Shown here: positions 14,866 to 30,590 of the stretch, one piece after another | Layout: the number at the start of each line of letters is the position of its first letter | Numbering within the stretch: the stretch's first letter is position 1 | Source of the DNA: Tubiluchus corallicola | Taxonomy: Eukaryota > Animalia > Priapulida | Direction of reading: 5' to 3' | Assembly: GCA_030141605.1 (NCBI GenBank) | Contig: JAQGDQ010000801.1 | Span: forward strand, 30,285-94,284 | DNA length: 64,000 nucleotides | Made by a program: the position numbers and the translations under genes | Notes under the pieces: model-generated | What the model was told of the DNA's origin: nothing | Databases searched by the model: none | What the model saw: the letters and a program-made list of their open reading frames with translations, nothing else

Positions 14866-15711
14866 TACGGTTTTCATACGGAGCATTTAGATGAATTTAA
14901 AAATAAACGACGTTGTTAAAACGGTGCAAAATAAAACCAAATCTGTACCTGCAGTCTCTGAATTTTATGAATTACTGCCAACCTCAGTCCGCAAAATTAG
15001 ATATATCATCATCGTCGTCGTCGTCATCATCATCATTATAATGTGCCAGACAGTTAATCAGAGAGTCAGTACGTTTATAACTGTTTATCTTAGGATATTG
15101 CTGTTGTTGTTGTTGTTGTTGTTGCTGCTGCTGCTGTTGTTGTTGTTGTTGCTGTTGTCACTGTCGTTGTTGCTGTCGATCTTGCACTCGTTCTTATTGT
15201 TGTTGTTGTTTTTGCTATTGTTGGCTACTTGTTGTCCAGCATCTTTGCTGGATCGCCTAAATGATCAGACACTTCTTTGACAAAAAGTGCTGCCGGAAGT
15301 CACGTGACAACTGTGAAAGTTCATCACTTCCGTTAATGCCCCAACAATGCGCAAAATCAAGGAGGGAGGAGAAACAGAATAATTAGCCTCTTGGCGTGGG
15401 TTAGACGCGTATCAGTCTGGGTGTCTAAACTATTGACACCCACTGCATTGTAAACAGCTGTATTCCTCTTGGTCAATGATCTTAGAGATGAGAATGGAAG
15501 ACAATGGGAGTCAAGCATTTTTGGTGTTTAAAGAGAGGGTGTTGTGTAAATTTCCTCCTCGTGAAAGTAACCGGAAATACCCGCTGCTTGTATAAAAATT
15601 TCATTTTCAACATTTTTACCAGCGCTGCAAGGCGTATTGGCTTAACGTTCCATGGATATTTTTGGCAAATCATAATCAATACATAATTAATTAATCAAAC
15701 TATTCAAATAT

Positions 15712-16005
15712 ACTTAAGTGATTTTTTTCAAACCAAATGAATTTAAGTTATTTTTCAAGTCACAAATGAACCTAAGTGACTTTTTTGTGTCACAAATGGA
15801 CGTAAGTGACTGTTTTCAAGTCACAAATGAACCTAAGTGACTTTTCCAAGTCACAAATGGACTTAAGTGACTTTTTCAAGTTGCAAATGGACCTAAGTGA
15901 CTTTTTCAAGTCACAAATAAACTTTACTGATTTTTTTAAGTCACAATTTGAATGAATTTAAGTGATTTTTTTCAAAACACAAATAAACTAAAGCGATTTT
16001 TTTCA
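15712..16005. repeat. ~30-bp minisatellite
   Basis: Unit ~TTTTTCAAGTCACAAATGAACCTAAGTGAC, about 9-10 copies. Confidence 0.9.
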
Positions 16006-16844
16006 GATCACTATGATACTCTCGGTTTTGCTACTACAAAAACGTCTTCACAAAGTGCTAGTCAATGTCAACAGTCAATGAATTAATTAACATCACCTTA
16101 ATGTCGAAAATATTATTAATGATGCCACAAACCAACAATTAACAAACATTGATGCCAAACTTGAAAATCAGGAAATATGAAAAAATTGTAATGCAGCCTG
16201 GAATTGAACCAGGAGCCAAATGTTCAGGTTTTATATGAATCAAAGTTAAGCAAAGCAAGCTAATCTAATTTCTTAGGATCACTGTTGTGTGTGGGATCTA
16301 ACACGTTATAAATGATGAACTTTGCACGACCCAAACCATTGCGGAATGCAGTAGCTAGGTGGTCTAAAATTTCTACAATATATAAGCTGAAGACGCATGG
16401 TTCGAATCCAGGCTACGCTGTCCAAACTTGTGGCCAATTTTGGTCTGTTTAGCTTTGGTATTCACAAAACTCATTAGACAAATCAAAGGTCAACTCAAGG
16501 TGACCAGACTGAACTCAAATCAGGTCGTTGTAGCTGTTCTTTTTTCATTTTAGATGCATTATATTAGCTGCATTCCTAGACCACATTTTTTCGAGTAATT
16601 GCGTCTGTGTTATTGTAGCTAATATCATCACAAGTGCACATAACTACAGCCACTCACAAACACGAATAATCTATCTCTGTCACTGTTAAATATTTATTAA
16701 TGACGAATATTTCAAAACTAACACTTGTCATGGGCCTCATTGGAATGACAATTGTTATATGATTGTAGTAATACCAGACAGGAAAATGTATTTTATATAA
16801 ATGGTGTCATTCAGTGACTTTCTGTTTATTTTAGGATCTTGCTG

Positions 16845-16866
16845 TTGTTGATGATGATGATGATCG

Positions 16867-16925
<59 letters not shown>

Positions 16926-17024
16926 GCTGTAGCTATTATTGTTGCTGTTTTGTTGTTGTTTTTGTTGTTGTCATTGTTGTTTTTGTTGTCGTTGTTGTAG
17001 TTGCTGTTGTTGTTGTCATCGTCG

Positions 17025-17066
<42 letters not shown>

Positions 17067-17085
17067 GTTGTTGTCACTGTTGTTT

Positions 17086-17137
<52 letters not shown>

Positions 17138-17400
17138 GTTGTTGTTGTTGTTGTTGTTGTTGCTGCTGCTGCTGTTGTTGTTGTTGTTGTCGTTGTTTTT
17201 GCTGCTGTTTCTGTTATTGTTGTTGTTATTATTGTTGTTGTCGTTGTCGTTGTTGTTTGTTGCTGTTCTTGCTATTGTTGTTGTTGCTGCTGCTACTGCT
17301 GTTATTTTTTTGTTGTCATTGTTTTCGTTGTTGTCGTTGTTTTTGCTTCTGCTGCTGTTGCTGTTAATGTTGTTGTTATTGTTGCTACTGTTCGCTATTT
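16845..17400. repeat. (GTT)n-rich compound microsatellite
   Basis: Directly visible. Confidence 0.95.
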
Positions 17401-17861
17401 GTTGCCCAGTACCTCTGCTGCTTGCCGCGGTACAATTTCATACAACTCAATGAACTACACGTATTTTACAACATAAATAGTAAATTAGAAATGCTGTTGT
17501 CGTTGTCATTGTCGCTGTCGTTGTTACTGTCGTTGTTGCTGTTGTTACTACTGTTGGTGTTTCCTTGTTGGTTTTGTTGTCCACTCGTTGCTGTCCAGTA
17601 TGTCTGCAACACAATTTCATACAATTCTATGAACTATTCGTATTTTATAACACAGGAAGTGAATTAGAAATGCTCTATAGCTTAAAATTGCTGTCCATAA
17701 ATATCAGCTGAACTTTGTCAGACTTTACAAGCATTTAAAGCATGAATAACTCGTAGACTTAAGCGAAATAAGCGTGAATATTTTGCTTTATGGTCACCAT
17801 TATTATCGAGTAATGATATTAGTGCAATGAAAATGGTATAAATGAGAGCAGTTTTAGCTTA

Positions 17862-18150
17862 AAACAAAACCGGAGCCAATCTGTATGTATAACGCCTGCA
17901 TTTCGGAAACGCGTTGCATAAAAACAGACGCTGTACCTGCCGGTTCAGATGTGTTAGTTTGTGACGAACTACACGTGTTTGACAGCTCATGCCTGAGCAT
18001 ACCGGTAAATTTGAAGTTTGAATTTTTATCTTAAAACTTGCCTAGTTTTAGTACAACACACTGAATATCTTACAGCAGCACTGTACTTCAATTTTCGCTT
18101 CCGCAAACACGTGCAACACGCTCGTGGAATGTTTTTGATGTTGAAAAGTT
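17862..18150 (+). mobile_element. Kolobok-like MITE K1, internally deleted and truncated
   Basis: TTAA|AACAAAACCGG start and internal homology to 30591-31206. Confidence 0.7.
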
Positions 18151-18186
18151 ATTAGGAAACTTATGAAACTTGGAGGGTTGATATCT

Positions 18187-18765
18187 GGGATAGTGGCTGA
18201 CACAGTTATGATATGGCAAGGAATTATGGGATAGTGGCTCACACAGTTATGATATGGCAAGGAATGATGGGATAGTGGCTCACTCAGTTATGACATGGCA
18301 AGGAATGATGGGATAGTGGCTCACACAGTTATGATATGGCTAGGAATGATGGGTTAGTGGCTCAGACAGTTATGATATGGCTAGGAATGATGGGATAGTG
18401 GCTCACACAGTTGTGATATGGCTAGGAATGATGGGATAGCGGCTCACACAGTTATGATATGGCTAGGAATGATGGGATAGTGGCTCATACAGTTATGACA
18501 TGGCTAGGAATGATGGGATAGTGGCTCACACAGTTATGATATGGCTAGGAATGATGGGATAGTGGCTCACACAGTTATGATATGCCTAAGAATGATGAGA
18601 TAGTGGCTCACACAGTTATGATATGGCTAGGAATGATTGAATAGTGGCTCACACAGTTATGATATGGCTAGGAATGATGGGATAGTGGCCCACACAGTTA
18701 TGATATGGCTAGGAATGATGGGGTAGTGACTCACACAGTTATGACATGGCTAGGAATGATGGGAT
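18187..18765. repeat. 41-bp minisatellite, ~14 copies
   Basis: Unit GGGATAGTGGCTCACACAGTTATGATATGGCTAGGAATGAT. Confidence 0.95.
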
Positions 18766-20077
18766 TGTTGAAAGAAGTCGAGTCGAAATGGTAAATTTAT
18801 GGCAAGCTGTTCAATCATACATGAGTAGACCGCACTGGACCAGTCACAATCAAGAGATAATTAGTCGCAAGCACTGTGCACGCTGATAAGCCACACATTA
18901 GTGCAGTAATCTACAGTTTTTGACATGAGTAAACGACACTGGACCAGGCATAGTCAAGTGCATTATAATTAGCCACAAGTACCGAGTACGCTAATCATCC
19001 AGACATGAACTGAATAATCTACAGTTTTTTGACGTGCACAGTCACGTGACATACATGGCCATGCTCGCGGATTTGGATCTGAATTTATTCATTCTTGAGC
19101 CAATTGGCAGGGACTTCTACTATGAAATCGTTTTCTACGGCATTCCTGCTTATGCATTTTGTACATTTTGCAAAAATGTACGTATTTTTCGGGGCACCCA
19201 ATACATCGGTTATAGACAGTACTCGTGTGTGAAAAACCTAGAACTTCAGCACGTAAAATGGCTGTCCCACAATGCAGCATAATGTCCATTATTTTCACAA
19301 TTTTTCTCTTAATCTATACAACAGCTATGCCTCCATTGTCAAAGCTTATCTCCTGCACTTCAATGGCAATGTGCTCGATTTAAAAAATGGTTCACGGTTT
19401 TGTAAAACTGCAGCTCAATTGAGCTGTGATTATTGTTATTCTCTGCGCTATGGTTACCGACAGCTGTATCACCTGTTGTGGAACTGATTAGGCAGGTAGG
19501 TACAGTTGTACGCTCAATTACACCTACCTTACTCGGTACCTGGATTGAAAAGCGTCTATGGTTTTTACCTGTTATCAGCGTCATCGAAAAACTGATAGTT
19601 ACTGTTGTTCTGAAGACGGAAATAACGTAGCCCAGTTCACGCGCAGGGTAGCTTAACCTAATGGCTCGTTCATACTGGCAAGTTTTCTGACACGCGTTTT
19701 CTTTCTGACAGCAAACTCGCAAGTGTAAACTGCTTTGCGAGCTGCTGCTGGGGAGTTATTGAAAACTCTTAGACAGTTTCTGCGAGTTACTGTCTAGTGT
19801 GAACGCCTGGCGAAGTTACTCTCCACTCTTCTTTTAGTGAATAGAGGAGAAGGGAATGTCGGAGAGTAACTCGGGTTGTTGTCTACTGTGAACACCTCGG
19901 TCAGTTACTTTCGATACTTCTTTCAGTGAATAGAGAAGGGAGAGTCAACTCGCGCTTACTGTCCTGTTTTTCCCTTCACATGTCTCTTCTTTTTCTTTCT
20001 AAGGGGCCCTTTTCTTACTAAGAAAGATAAATTAACTAAATTATCTCTTGTAACTCTTGTAACTTCCATTGTAACTC

Positions 20078-20748
20078 TTTACATAACCTAAGAAAAACTT
20101 CCCATTACATCATCTGAGAAACATTTACTGTTTACATAACCTAAGAAAGACCTCCCTTTGAGTAAGCTAAGAAACGCACTTTACATAAGCTAAGAAACAC
20201 TTACCCTTTACATAACCTAAGAAAGAGTTTTCCCTTTAAGTAAGTTAAGAAACACCCTTTACATGAGCTAAGAAAGACCTCCCTTTGAGTAAGCTAAGAA
20301 ACGCACTTTACATGAGCTAAGAAAGACCTCCCTTTAAGTAAGTTAAGAAACACCCTTTACATAAGCTAAGTAACACTTACCCTTTACATAACCTAAGAAA
20401 GACTTCGCTTTGAGTTAGCTAAGAAACGCACTTTACATAAGCTAAGAAACACTTACCCTTTACATAACCTAAGAAAGAGTTTTCCCTTTAAGTGAGTTAA
20501 GAAACACCCTTTACATAACCTAAGAAAGACCTCCCTTTGAGTAAGCTAAGAAACGCACTTTACATAAGCTAAGAAACACTTACCCTTTACATAACCTAAG
20601 AAAGACTTCCCTTTAAGTAAGTTAAGAAACACTTACCCTTTACATAACCTAAGAAAGACCTCTTTACGTAAGCTAAGAAACACCCTTTACATAAGCTAAG
20701 AAACACTTACCCTTCACGTAATCTTACCACTTACATAACCTAGGGAAC
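20078..20748. repeat. Complex ~20-25-bp minisatellite
   Basis: Recurring TACATAACCTAAGAAA / TAAGCTAAGAAAC cores with reused linkers. Confidence 0.9.
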
Positions 20749-21363
20749 ACTAATCTAAGCTTACCTTACCTAACACTAAAACACTAACCCAAGAAAACTG
20801 GGCCTACGTATAACCTGAATGGAGCATCACCGATTTCAACGCCGCCTATGTCTGAACGCCTTCTTCTGTCCAGATGCGCTCTTGTTTTTCCATAAGATAG
20901 AAGCGTCTAACAAAACCTGTCTTTCAGTGCAGTAACAGGTTGCTTTTTTACAGCATATTTTGCACATGTCAGCATTGTACAGGAGCAAGCATATGATAAT
21001 TACTACATCCAAATATGACATAATAATGGGCAGATGGCAGTTTATTGGACGGACAATGAGTGAAACATAATCTGTAGTCATGGATGCGTAGGTTCACTTG
21101 TTAATGATTTATCAATGTCTGATAAAAATGCCACTAAATCATAATAAACGCAGTTTTTCTCTTATTATCACTGACCATTATCTTTTGTGTAGAACAGATG
21201 TAGTTAGCGTCAGCGTCAGCGTCAGCATCAGCTATAATAGTTGCTCTAAATTGAACATTCATTAGATTGTGTTCACAATTGAAACTGCCTTTTGTAGTTC
21301 TCACGTGCCAGAGTCTATAAGATTGTAACAGACAGTTGTGTAAGTTTCCCCAACGTTTAAGCA

Positions 21364-21745
21364 TTTTACCGAATTTTACTTATACCGAGTATTACTTATA
21401 CCGAATTTTACTTATACCGAATATCACTTATACCGAATTTTACTTATACCGAATATTAATTATACCGAATACCACTTATACCGAATATTAGTTATATCGA
21501 ATTTTACTTATACCGAATATCACTTATACCGAATATCACTTATACCGAATATTAGTTATATCGAATATTACTTATACCGAACATCACTTATGCCGATATT
21601 ACTTATACCGAATTTTACTTATACGAATATTACTTATACCGAATATCACTTATACCGAATATCACTTATACCGAATATCACTTATACCGAATATCACTTA
21701 TGTCGAATATCACTTATATCGAATATCACTTATACCGAATATTAA
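21364..21745. repeat. 16-bp minisatellite
   Basis: Unit TTATACCGAATATCAC. Confidence 0.95.
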
Positions 21746-22352
21746 CTATACCATCAGTTATGCAAGATAAAATCATATTAATGCATAATTCGTATTGCTG
21801 TTGTCTTATCGTTATCTGTAAACCATCTTGCGAAATTCGCTTTAACTTTCAAACCTTGTCAGCATTGTTCGTACGCCTGAAATGCCTAATACCCCCCCCC
21901 CCCCACAGCTCGTGTTCAAAACAAAATATGATTAGTTCTTTGTAATGCCGTCAACACAAACATTTCCTTGTTCAAGTTCAAAGGCATTTGTAAGAAGATT
22001 TCATCTTGTTCAGTGTTCGTACGCGCGTTACGCCCCCTGGAATCTTTGTTTAGACGGCAGCTTTAGTTGTTTACAAACGGATTTAAAAAGAGAATTTGCT
22101 TCAGCTTGTTTGCAGTGGTGAGTAGTAGTGATGGAGTTAAGAAAGTTTAAGAAAAGAAAACAGAAAACAAAGTTGTGATGAACTACCCCACTGGGGGCAG
22201 CACTTGAGACCTTGCAATGATTCACAGCATACTATTAAAGGAAAGAACATGTCATTTAGCATGGTGGCTGTTCATTTTTACGGTTATCACTTGAACTTGG
22301 AAAAATATTACAAAAGAAATTCGCAAAAAATTGTCTATAAAGCATGAAATTA

Positions 22353-22832
<480 letters not shown>

Positions 22833-23351
22833 CTACAGTATATCACTGAACTTTCAATAACTAACGTAACTCACTATTTCTGCTTATTATAGCTTACCTT
22901 GGCAGACATCTTTCTTTTACTCTCGTTCTTTCAGTCTAACCAATACCATGGCGTGAGTCACTCCTCACTTTAGTTACCACAATGATTTACAACTCCAAAT
23001 AATTAATTACTCGCACGCCGGGCATACAGAACACATTTCATAATTGATTACCACCCAGAGAGAGGCTTGTAACTCATGTTATCTGTGTGTTGAAGCCTTA
23101 ACCTTGCATGTTAATGAACTGATAAATTCATTACTGCTAAAGATTATGCAAATCCGCTGCATAAATTTCTTATTCTTAATCATTTGTGCTATAATTTCGT
23201 GCTGTAATTTATTATATTACATCATAAACAATCTTATTATAATCTAGTGCAGTGGAAACGAAGGTCATAGCTAACACTTTTATTGCATCCTCTTTAATGC
23301 TTGTTGCTTTTGTATCTGTTTTCCAAATCACTTTGCCAACTAAATGCAACT

Positions 23352-23577
23352 AATCACTACGTATTCGTTTGGTAAACCTCCAATTTCAGTGCATCATACG
23401 CGGATTTTCTCAGCTAAACTATGACCTTTTCTCTAAAGGCTGTAAAGATAACAACGGTCATCCAGTATTGCCGAATTGTAACTGTGGATTTCGATTTGAG
23501 TCTGTTGAACACTTTTTGTTGCACTGCCCATTGTATCAACAAACTAGGATTGTTGTGTTTGATACACTAAATGAAAT
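23352..23577 (+). mobile_element. RTEX-like LINE zinc-finger fragment
   Basis: PNCNCGFRFESVEHFLLHCPLY; near-identical to 38040-38280. Confidence 0.7.
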
Positions 23578-23799
23578 GCTGTGTATCACGGCCAATGAAT
23601 GACGTCATTGGAGGAAGAATGGGTTTTTAACATGAGAGCACCAAAGCGCGAAAGAATCGCGAATTTAAAGTGATTTGACTAATATTCGAGGTGCTTATCA
23701 CACTGTTATTACTAAATGCTTCTAACATTTTTCGTAAAGATTGAATTAAGTCTAACTTTCCAGAAGGGTTGATCTTTCCTTTAAGTGTGGGTCTGCACT

Positions 23800-24335
23800 A
23801 TTACGGATACGGATGCGAAATTAGGGGTACATCAAACAATGAAGTTAATGCCGTTAGGGTAAAATGGAACACTGCTTATAAGAAAATATTCGGTTTTAGA
23901 CAAAATGAAAGCGTCAAATTGTTAATGTATTTTTGTGGCACAATGTCTGCGAATTATTTAATAGATAGTCGAAAATTAAACTTTGTGAGAAAAATTGTAA
24001 ACTCTTGCACATTGAGAATTCCAAAGCTATGCTACTATGTAAATAACAGTCCATTAAATTTAAGATTTAAATATGGTTGTACTGTAGATCTAAACGAAAA
24101 TGTAAAATTAAAGGTTAAGTACTCATTTAAAGATTATGTTTTAAGATATCTATTGTAGCTTCTTACAACACTGTATAATGTAATATAATTACAAGGGAAC
24201 TACAATGTGTGGTTATTATAAAGTTGAATGTCTGTAGATATGTTACTTTACTAACATCGCATTACCTGTTTTACTAACATCTTTATCTTTGTAAACTGTA
24301 TATCTTTATACGAAATAAACTCATAATAATAATAA
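23800..24335 (+). mobile_element. LINE 3' fragment (clade uncertain)
   Basis: VRVKWNTAYKKIFGFRQNESVKLL resembles a post-RT region; ends in AATAAA plus an (AAT)n tail. Confidence 0.55.
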
Positions 24336-25689
24336 TTACCATGGTTAAATCAAGCGTAGTGCATGAATTTATAATGAATAATTGTTTTCGGCTGTACTAG
24401 TGCACTTAGTAAACTTTCTCATGTTACAATGCCTTTGTACATTGTGCACAACAAGTGCCTGCAATTAGAAGCTTGTTGAATGCATCACACTGCGTTTTGA
24501 ATTGCTAATCAATACTTCACAATACCTGCTCAAATTACCGGCTTCATTAATCAATAATTACGCATTTCTACCTGCGTGGTCGTGCTTGTAACACCTGAGT
24601 TTGATTAGGCGTCATCTGTTGATTGGAAAGGTGGGAGTAATTATACAGGTGGGACCAGGCGAACCATGTAATAGCAGCTATGCTAAATTACGAAGGTATT
24701 GTTATTGTGTAATGCCTCGCTATTAGCGCCACGTATGTATTCTCCAGGTAAGTCATGCGTAGACCTGGAACTTTTGGCATTTTTATGTTCGTTTTTGACC
24801 TCTGAAAGGTCAAGGCAACTCTGAACAATTAAAGAATTTAATTTAAAAATAAGAAAAATGGATTTTTAATTTAAGTTAAGTACCTATTTGTGATGATGTT
24901 ACGAACCCACATTAATTAATAAAATTTTGGTATAAAACTTGAAAGACAGGAAATGTGAAAAGTTAGGATACAGTTCGGATTCGAACCATGTGCTTTCTGT
25001 CTTTCAAGTTTGATATCAAAATCAAGTTAATTCTTGGTTTGTTTCGGCATTAATAATAATAACCTTGACATTAAGGTCATAATAATAATTATCTATTTTT
25101 TCTTGAACTGAGAGAGATAAGAGCGCAAATAGGCCGCGGCAGAGTTCCAGAGAGATGACGTCCAGAGGAAGCAAAAATTTGAGGTTTCGAGGGAGCATAA
25201 ATAAAAGACTGCTTTACACTTTCTTTACACATTATTGGTGTAAAAAGTGGTTTATTCATCTGCTGAATTTAGTGCAATTAGGGTGCCATAATGTCCACTC
25301 ATTTCCATAAATTATGATCATTGCAAAACTGATTTTGAAAATCTTACCATTCCTCGTTTGTCATTGAAATCTGAGTGACAAGACTGTTCTATTACACGTG
25401 GTTTTTGGATATAATGTAATTATGCTGTTCTAAGCGTGCTACGTGCAGTGTTTCTTGTACAGAAACACGAAACGAATCCATCATTCAATTTAATTCGATT
25501 TGATTTATAATTAATTAAAGGTACCCCTTGTTGCTATTACTAAAGAGACAAACTTGCAAATTTTGCAAAAAAACGAAACTCGCGATTTGGTGAAATTGTG
25601 GTACAAAATAGACGGATTGAGCAAAAAAAGAGAAGGTCTAAATGTCCGAATTTCTGTCTGTAGTTCCGAAATGTTGTTAAATTTTTAAA

Positions 25690-26270
25690 TTGTTGTTACG
25701 GTTGCTATTGTTATTGTTGCTACACTCTTTTGTTATTATTGTTACTGTTTCTATTGTTGCTTTTGCTACAGTTGCTATTCTTATCTTTGCTACAGTTTCT
25801 ATTGTTATCTTTGCTACAGTTTCTATTGTTATTTTTGCTACAGTTTCTATTGTTTTTTCTACAGTTTCTATTGTTATCTTTGCTACAGTTTCCACTGTTA
25901 TTTTTGCTGTAGTTCTATTGTTGTTATTGCTACAGTTTCTCTTGTTATTTTTGCTACAGTTTTTATTGTTTTTTTACATTTTCTATTGTTATCTTTGCTA
26001 CAGTTTCTATTGTTGCTTTTTTGTTACAGCTACATTTTCCATTGTTATCTTTGCTACAGTTTCTGTTGTTATTGTTGCTACAGTTTCTATTGTTATTGTT
26101 GCTACAGTTTCTGTTGTTATTGTTGCTAGAGTTTCTATTGTTGTTTTTGCTACAGTTTTTATTGTTTTTTTACATTTTCTATTGTTATCTTTGCTACAGT
26201 TGCTATTGTTATTGTTGCTAGAGTTTCTATTGTTATTGTTGCTACAGTTGCTATTACTTATGCTGGTGCG
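25690..26270. repeat. 24-bp minisatellite
   Basis: Unit ~GCTACAGTTTCTATTGTTATCTTT. Confidence 0.9.
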
Positions 26271-26443
26271 GCTGCTGTCGTTTTTTACTGCTACTACTGC
26301 TCTTACTGTTGCAGGCATTGTGACTGTAGCCATTGTCGCTGTCGTCCTCGTCATCTCATTAATTTCTTTACTTATTATGTATGATTTAGTCATCCAGAAA
26401 TCTCAACTCCAGCGCAAATCAAACTCATAAATTCACAGCCTTC

Positions 26444-26636
26444 ACTTCCGGTTGTTATAGCAACCGGCAACAGCAACTCATAACACATCATCTTCATTAA
26501 ACAACATCGCGCCAGCACTCATGTACGATAAAATCTGTGCAATTAGTAATTCCTCATTAGCTACGCAGCAAAACCGTACAAGTTTAACCCCTTCTGACTA
26601 ATTTCCGCTCAGGTGTAAGGCGGTTGCCATGGCAAC
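26444..26636. promoter_or_regulatory. Candidate RFX (X-box) enhancer
   Basis: Perfect palindrome GTTGCCATGGCAAC (26623-26636), second X-box GTTGTTATAGCAAC (26451-26464), adjacent ETS-like ACTTCCGG (26444). Confidence 0.45.
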
Positions 26637-26902
26637 TGATGAGATTTCCATGTTGGTTGTTATGCACGCAAAGAAAGCAGGTGATGTAGGTGCGCGTTTC
26701 AGGAGACGGAGTTGCATAAATTAGTAATTGCATCGAAATAGCTGCCATAAATAGTTGATAAACACGCGAACGGTACTGATGGAGACGCTGTTGCACTCCT
26801 GGCAGATGCTGATACTTGAAACTGTTTTTATGGTTATATGAATTTTATATGAAAACATAACGGCTGTCGATTAGACTAAATTCAATGAAAACTGTTTGTT
26901 AA

Positions 26903-27481
26903 AGCAAAACCGGATCCAATCTTAAACTGCAGATCAAAGCAATTTGCTCTTTAAAATATTGAAAGAAAACACGCTATTTTTCCAAAAATGACTTTCATAA
27001 AAGAATCATTACCACACAAACACAATTTCACGTTTGCGCCACTAGTTCTTCGCTGTTACATGCATTTCGCCATTCAATAGTTAGACGGTGCTAGCGCCTG
27101 CACTTCGGAAATGCATTGCACCTAGTTCAGATATGTTAGTTTGTGACAAACTACACACGTTCGATAGCTTATGCGTGAGCACAGTGGTAAATTTGAAATT
27201 TGAATTTTTATCTTAAAATTTGCCTGGTTTTAGTACAACACACTGAATATCTTACACTAGCATTGTACTTCAATTTTCGCTTTCTCAAACACGTGCAACA
27301 CGCTCGTGGAATAGTTCTGCTGTTTGAAAATTTTGTTAGTTTGTGATGTCATCAATAGTAGGGCTCGCCTGCCGTTAATTAAGACATTGATCTATTATTT
27401 AATTATCAGAAACACTTTTGCAGTATTAATTGTGTTAAAATGTATACTTTTTATCGTATATGAAAATCATCCTGTCTTCCT
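26903..27481 (+). mobile_element. Kolobok-like MITE K1, both ends
   Basis: TTAA|AGCAAAACCGG ... CCTGTCTTCCT|TTAA. Confidence 0.8.
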
Positions 27482-28499
27482 TTAAATCCACAGAAATCAT
27501 ATTAATAGCCAGTTTGAATGCATAGTATTGGTGTTAAAATGTATACTTTTATCGTTCTTGAATTTGGAGTAGTATATATATATATATACATATATTAATT
27601 CTTTATTTGTCATTAAAATGGTTCACTCATTATAATAGAATTGAGTAAGCCTCAGCGCAATGTTAAGATAACAACACTGTTCAAGACAAATGCGTCCAGT
27701 GCAGACTAAAAAAACTAAAGTGCAAAACTAAGGCCTAATTATATACAATAAATAGACATATTTACAAACACCATATTAATATATTTTTACAAAACAATAT
27801 TACAAAAATACATTAAATTTTACATGACATATTTTACACTATATATACATTTAACATGACACAATTAACAGAAACATGCTTTACATTACATAAATTTCAC
27901 TCATTACATTTACACTATTTATACATTTGACATTACAAAACTGATATAACACGTATTACATTACATAATTTTTTTTAAATTTTACATTTTTAATCGTTCT
28001 GAAAAATCATCCTGTCTTCTTGTAACATTGTACTGATATTTGCTTTGGTTTCTGATTCAGTTTGGTTAATGCGCATGTCCGTCACTGATCGCTCTGTTAT
28101 TCAATTATTTGTCTTCCTGGGGCTAACGACTTTTTAAATGTCGTAATTAGCAGCACAACAGGTGATGGTGGTGGCGCTGCTAGCGCTTGTCTTTAGTGAC
28201 AAGGTGCAATTTACCTTTTCTCAAAGAAAGGACAAGTAAAAGGTTATTACTTTTCCGTAATTTGTTAAGAAACCTGTTTAAGAGGGAAGATTCTGTTTTA
28301 TTTTAGAGTAAAATTGTCATTGTAGAGTTCAATTGTTAAATCAAACTTTTATCATTGGTATAATATGCAAAGGACACATGATAATTACAATGAATCAGTG
28401 TTGATTTGCATTTTGCTGTTATAACTTACGTTTCTATTCTAATTTATCTAGAACCTATTAACTTTGATTTCAATCTGTTATTGTGTCTATGGTCAAAGT

Positions 28500-29152
<653 letters not shown>

Positions 29153-29627
29153 TCTAGTACATGTGTAGGCTCAATACCAACCAGTATTGTGTAAACCAGA
29201 CAAAGACTATACCTATTGTTAAACATTCGGCTTTTTTCCTTTAACCTCCGTAATTTTATCAAGGAAACAACCACGCAAGGATTTCTGAGCTTAAACCGTA
29301 TTTACCGATGCTCTTTCCTCGCAATAATGAACCTCTTATTGTGTTCCTGATGTTTTTCCATCACGTCAATGCACTTTCGTTATCTGCTGATGTCCATTGT
29401 TGTATTTCTGAACTGATTGTGGGCACAATTTTACTTTCACTACAAATAAACCTTTATTGTGTCAAGGTAGTAAACTGAAAAGAAAAATTTTAAATATGAA
29501 TGAAGTAAAGTAGAGTAATTATCAAAAAAGAATGAGAGTACGAGTTCAATGTTATAAAATTATCTGGGGCTGCTAGTGATCACGCATATCAATATATTGC
29601 TATGGTTAATTCTTCTTGTATAATTAA

Positions 29628-30066
29628 AGGAAGACGCGATGGTTTTTCATAAATTACCCCATTTTCAAGGCTGATAAAAGTGTACATTTTAACACAATTA
29701 ATACCGGAAATACCTGTAGACGCGTTTCTGATAATTATGTAATAGATTAAAATCTCAGGCGGGCGAGTGGGCGAGTCCAACTATTGATGACATCACAAAC
29801 GAACATAATTTTCAACAGCAAAAATATTCCACGACCGTGTTGCACGTGTTTGTGAAAGCGAAACTTGAAGTATAGTGTTACTGTAAGATATTCAATGTTT
29901 GTACTAAAACTCGGCACGGTTTAAGATAAAAATTCAAATTTCAAATTTACCGCTGTGCTCACGCATGAGCTGTCGAACGTGTGTAGCTCGTCACAAACTA
30001 ACACATCTGAACTGTGAAGTACAGCACCTGTTTTTGCTTAATGCGTTTCCGAAATGCAGACGCTAG
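29628..30066 (-). mobile_element. Kolobok-like MITE K1, truncated at a (GTT)n tract
   Basis: Reverse complement of the K1 right portion; TTAA at 29624-29627. Confidence 0.75.
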
Positions 30067-30590
30067 TTGTTGTTATTGTTGTTGCTGTTGCTGTTGTTGT
30101 TGCTGTTGTTGTTGCTGCTGTTTCTGTTGTTGTTGCTGCTGTTTCTGTTCTTGCTGTTGTTGTTGTTGTTGTTGTTGTTGTAGTTGTTGTTGTTGTTGTC
30201 GTCGTCGTCGTAATCGTTGTTGTTGTTGTTGTTGTTGTTGTTCAGTTTGCAGTCAATAATACTTGCAGATTGCAGAACTTTATTCGCATAATAACTAGAC
30301 ACTGTTATGGCTGATATTACAGACATTGGACAAAAGATGTCAAATCTACTTCTAATCATGCATGAGAATGAGTACAATACAACGTCAAGTCACGTGATCA
30401 ACACTGCCATTATTGATCTGCCTTCTGAAGGCAAACGTGGGAATGATGACGATAATGATAATGACGATAATAGTCTCTAATAATGCCTGATTATTGATCG
30501 TGTGTCGGGTGTTTTTCTAGACAAAGCAAAAGGACGTCGTGATTTGGGTAGCGTATTCGTAGTATTCTCGTCATAAGATTGGAAATTTAA

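Noticed and set aside
16345-16420. tRNA genes (also ~4150-4190 and ~43985-44040)
   Set aside because: Only A/B-box remnants; the cloverleaf stems do not pair.
20078-20748. CRISPR-like repeat-spacer appearance (also 35048-35332 and 45652-46283)
   Set aside because: The intervening sequences are themselves repeated rather than unique, there are no cas genes, and the context is eukaryotic.
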